Below are positions 37,653 through 39,701 of a stretch of DNA of 39,701 nt, piece after piece. The position numbers and the translations under genes are program-made. The stretch is taken from positions 18,470 through 58,170 of the forward strand of contig JBMFWW010000003.1 in assembly GCA_049964835.1 (NCBI GenBank), written 5' to 3'. The stretch is from Candidatus Micrarchaeia archaeon. GTDB lineage: Archaea; Micrarchaeota; Micrarchaeia; Micrarchaeales; CABMGC01. The notes beneath the pieces were generated by a model that ran no database searches, was not told the origin of the DNA, and saw only the letters and a program-made list of their open reading frames with translations. How positions within the stretch are numbered: position 1 is the first letter of the stretch; each line of letters opens with the position of its first letter.

Positions 37653-38918
37653 ATGGTAGAAGAACTAAATCCTTTTGAAATAAGCAAAGAGCAGCTCAAT
37701 AAAGCTGCAGAAATTATGAATTTAGACAAAGTAGCTCATGAGATATTGAGCGAACCTATGCACACGCTTATAGTTAACTTTCCAGTAAAGATGCGCGACG
37801 GAAGCATCAAGACATTTAATGGCTTTAGAGTGCAGTACAACACAGCTAGAGGCCCGGGAAAAGGTGGTATAAGATATCATCCAAAAGAAACTATTGATAC
37901 GGTAAAGGCGCTATCGGCTTGGATGACATGGAAGTGCTCGCTAGCAAACATACCTTATGGTGGAGCTAAAGGGGGAGTAGTATGCGACCCTAAGCAGCTT
38001 AACGAGGTTGAGCTAGAAAATCTCTCTAGAGCTTATATAAGAGCATTAGGTAATAACATAGGCCCTAATGTTGATATACCCGCTCCAGATGTATATACAA
38101 ACGCACAGGAGATGGCTTGGATGATGGATGAGTATAGTAAGCTTGTAGGCCACAACGAGTTCGGCGTAATAACAGGAAAGCCGCTAGAAGTAGGAGGATC
38201 TGAGGGAAGATTTGACTCAACGGCAATGGGAGGAATGTACGTTTTAAGAGAGGCGGCTAAGCTCAAAAAAATAGACCTTAAAAAAGCTAGAATAGCAATA
38301 CAAGGATTTGGAAATGCTGGAAACTTTGCATTTGACTTATGCAAAAGATTATTCGGTTCAAAAATAGTTGCAATAAGCGACTCAGTAGGCGGTGTATACA
38401 ACGATAAAGGATTGGATTATCAAAAGCTCAAAGATGCAAAGACAAAAACAGGAAGCATTGATGGTTATAAAGGTGCAGAAAAGATAACAAATGAGGAACT
38501 TCTGGAGCTTGATGTTGATGTTTTAATACCTGCAGCTATTGAAAACCAAATAACAGAGAAAAATGCAGATAAAATAAATACTAAAATTCTGCTTGAGCTT
38601 GCAAATGGTCCAGTAACACCTGGTGCCGATGAAATCCTATTCAATAATGGCGTTTTTGATCTTCCAGACTTTCTAGTTAACTCAGGGGGGGTAATTGTTT
38701 CTTACTTTGAATGGGTTCAGAACATACAGAGCTTCTATTGGACTGAGGAGGACGTATACAAAAGACTTGATAACATAATAACTAAATCATTTAAAGATGT
38801 TATACAAACTCAGAAGGAGTATGCAGCAAAGAACAAGAAGATAAGCGCTAGAATGGCCGCATATATAATAGCTGTAAACAGGGTTGCAGCAGCAATGAAG
38901 ATACGTGGTTGGTACTGA
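37653..38918 (+). CDS. gdhA: Glutamate dehydrogenase
   Basis: GPGKGGIRYHP, MTWK, PYGGAKGG, DIPAPDV, QGFGNAG, ELANGP, NSGGVIVSYFEWVQN. Confidence 0.96.
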   Translation: MVEELNPFEISKEQLNKAAEIMNLDKVAHEILSEPMHTLIVNFPVKMRDGSIKTFNGFRVQYNTARGPGKGGIRYHPKETIDTVKALSAWMTWKCSLANIPYGGAKGGVVCDPKQLNEVELENLSRAYIRALGNNIGPNVDIPAPDVYTNAQEMAWMMDEYSKLVGHNEFGVITGKPLEVGGSEGRFDSTAMGGMYVLREAAKLKKIDLKKARIAIQGFGNAGNFAFDLCKRLFGSKIVAISDSVGGVYNDKGLDYQKLKDAKTKTGSIDGYKGAEKITNEELLELDVDVLIPAAIENQITEKNADKINTKILLELANGPVTPGADEILFNNGVFDLPDFLVNSGGVIVSYFEWVQNIQSFYWTEEDVYKRLDNIITKSFKDVIQTQKEYAAKNKKISARMAAYIIAVNRVAAAMKIRGWY

Positions 38919-38937
38919 TAATAATCAAGGAGATTCC

Positions 38938-39432
38938 ATGGTAGAAACACCCGAGTACTTAATCAAAAAAAGAGTTGGAGAGGCTGAGTTACGCCAGTAT
39001 AAAAATATAATTTTGGTTACAGCAACAAAAAACAAAGTAGATAGTTATAGCGTTTTCGGTTTACTTGCAGGATATATTTTTGGAGGCAATGAAAAAGGTG
39101 AGAAGATAAAAATGACTGCCCCGGTAATTACATCAAATGAAAATAATTTATTTTCAATGAGCTTTATAATGCCTAGAAAGTATAGTATGAAAGCACTACC
39201 AAAGCCTTTAAAAAATAATAAATTAAAGTTTGAACAGTTTAAGGTTATGAAACTTCTTGTTTTGAGATTTTCAGGAAGCGTTAACGATGATAAAGTTCTA
39301 AAACAAACTGAGATGTTGAAGAAAATACTGAAAGAAAACAATCTCAAGCCAAAAAGGATATTTCTTATGCAATATAATCCACCATGGACTCTTCCTTTTT
39401 TAAGAAGAAATGAAATAGCTGCTCAGATATAA
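38938..39432 (+). CDS. SOUL-family heme-binding protein
   Basis: ETPEY, ELRQY, F..LAGYIFGGN, IKMTAPV, MSFIMP, YNPPWTLPFLRRNEI; AGGAG RBS. Confidence 0.9.
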   Translation: MVETPEYLIKKRVGEAELRQYKNIILVTATKNKVDSYSVFGLLAGYIFGGNEKGEKIKMTAPVITSNENNLFSMSFIMPRKYSMKALPKPLKNNKLKFEQFKVMKLLVLRFSGSVNDDKVLKQTEMLKKILKENNLKPKRIFLMQYNPPWTLPFLRRNEIAAQI

Positions 39433-39652
39433 CATGTAAAAATTAATATCTACAAATAAGATAGTAGCTATCGCATCAGAAAGACAAAGAATATGGGGGG
39501 TTATATATAGAAGCCTCAAACGTTACCTTTTTCTAACATAGCTTTAGCATGGATTTAGTTTCCTTTCATAGTTGTTCGTTTTGTATTATTTAATTATGAA
39601 CCATAAAATAACCTTAAATACTAGTTTGTATACTAAAGTATAAGGTGAGGTT

Positions 39653-39701
39653 TTGGACGAGATTGATTACCATATATTAAGGTTAGCTTCAACAAAGAAA
39701 G
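39653..39701 (+). CDS. 5' fragment of a probable HTH protein
   Basis: GGTGAGG RBS, then TTG start of MDEIDYHILRLASTKK..., resembling Lrp/wHTH N-termini; runs off the window. Confidence 0.5.
   Translation, partial: MDEIDYHILRLASTKK

Noticed and set aside
730-39347. Many short antisense or overlapping ORFs in the track (e.g. 819-1088, 9147-9593, 11120-11500, 35987-36472, 38033-38401)
   Set aside because: They lie opposite or inside well-supported genes and have no motifs or RBS; they are shadow ORFs.

Overview
AT-rich archaeal chromosomal window, most consistent with a DPANN Micrarchaeota-type organism. The basis is the S-layer N-terminus, QSAMEY-type class III signal/LamG proteins, tRNAs with D-loop introns, and GGTGA ribosome-binding sites with frequent TTG/GTG starts. 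Contents from left to right: (1) a four-gene minus-strand operon resembling a Ced/VirB-type DNA-transfer machine (VirB2/CedA1-like pilin, CedA/VirB6-like membrane protein, membrane coiled-coil protein, compact VirB4/CedB-like ATPase running off the edge), divergent from the Holliday junction resolvase hjc; (2) a surface/N-glycosylation island with the S-layer gene, GDP-heptose genes, glycosyltransferases and two tandem AglB oligosaccharyltransferases. The two aglB genes share a 342-bp near-identical tract, and the second is frameshifted at a 5' T10 run; (3) housekeeping genes (EndoIII-like, rpl11, spt5, trm5, pelota, rnhB with an apparent AUC start, PRC-barrel, PAC2, Cc1-like, eS26, gdh), two intron-containing tRNAs, pilin-like adhesins, a membrane-anchored HTH regulator and an orphan IS200/IS605 right-end (omegaRNA-like) element. 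All family calls come from motif recognition by eye, with no database searches.
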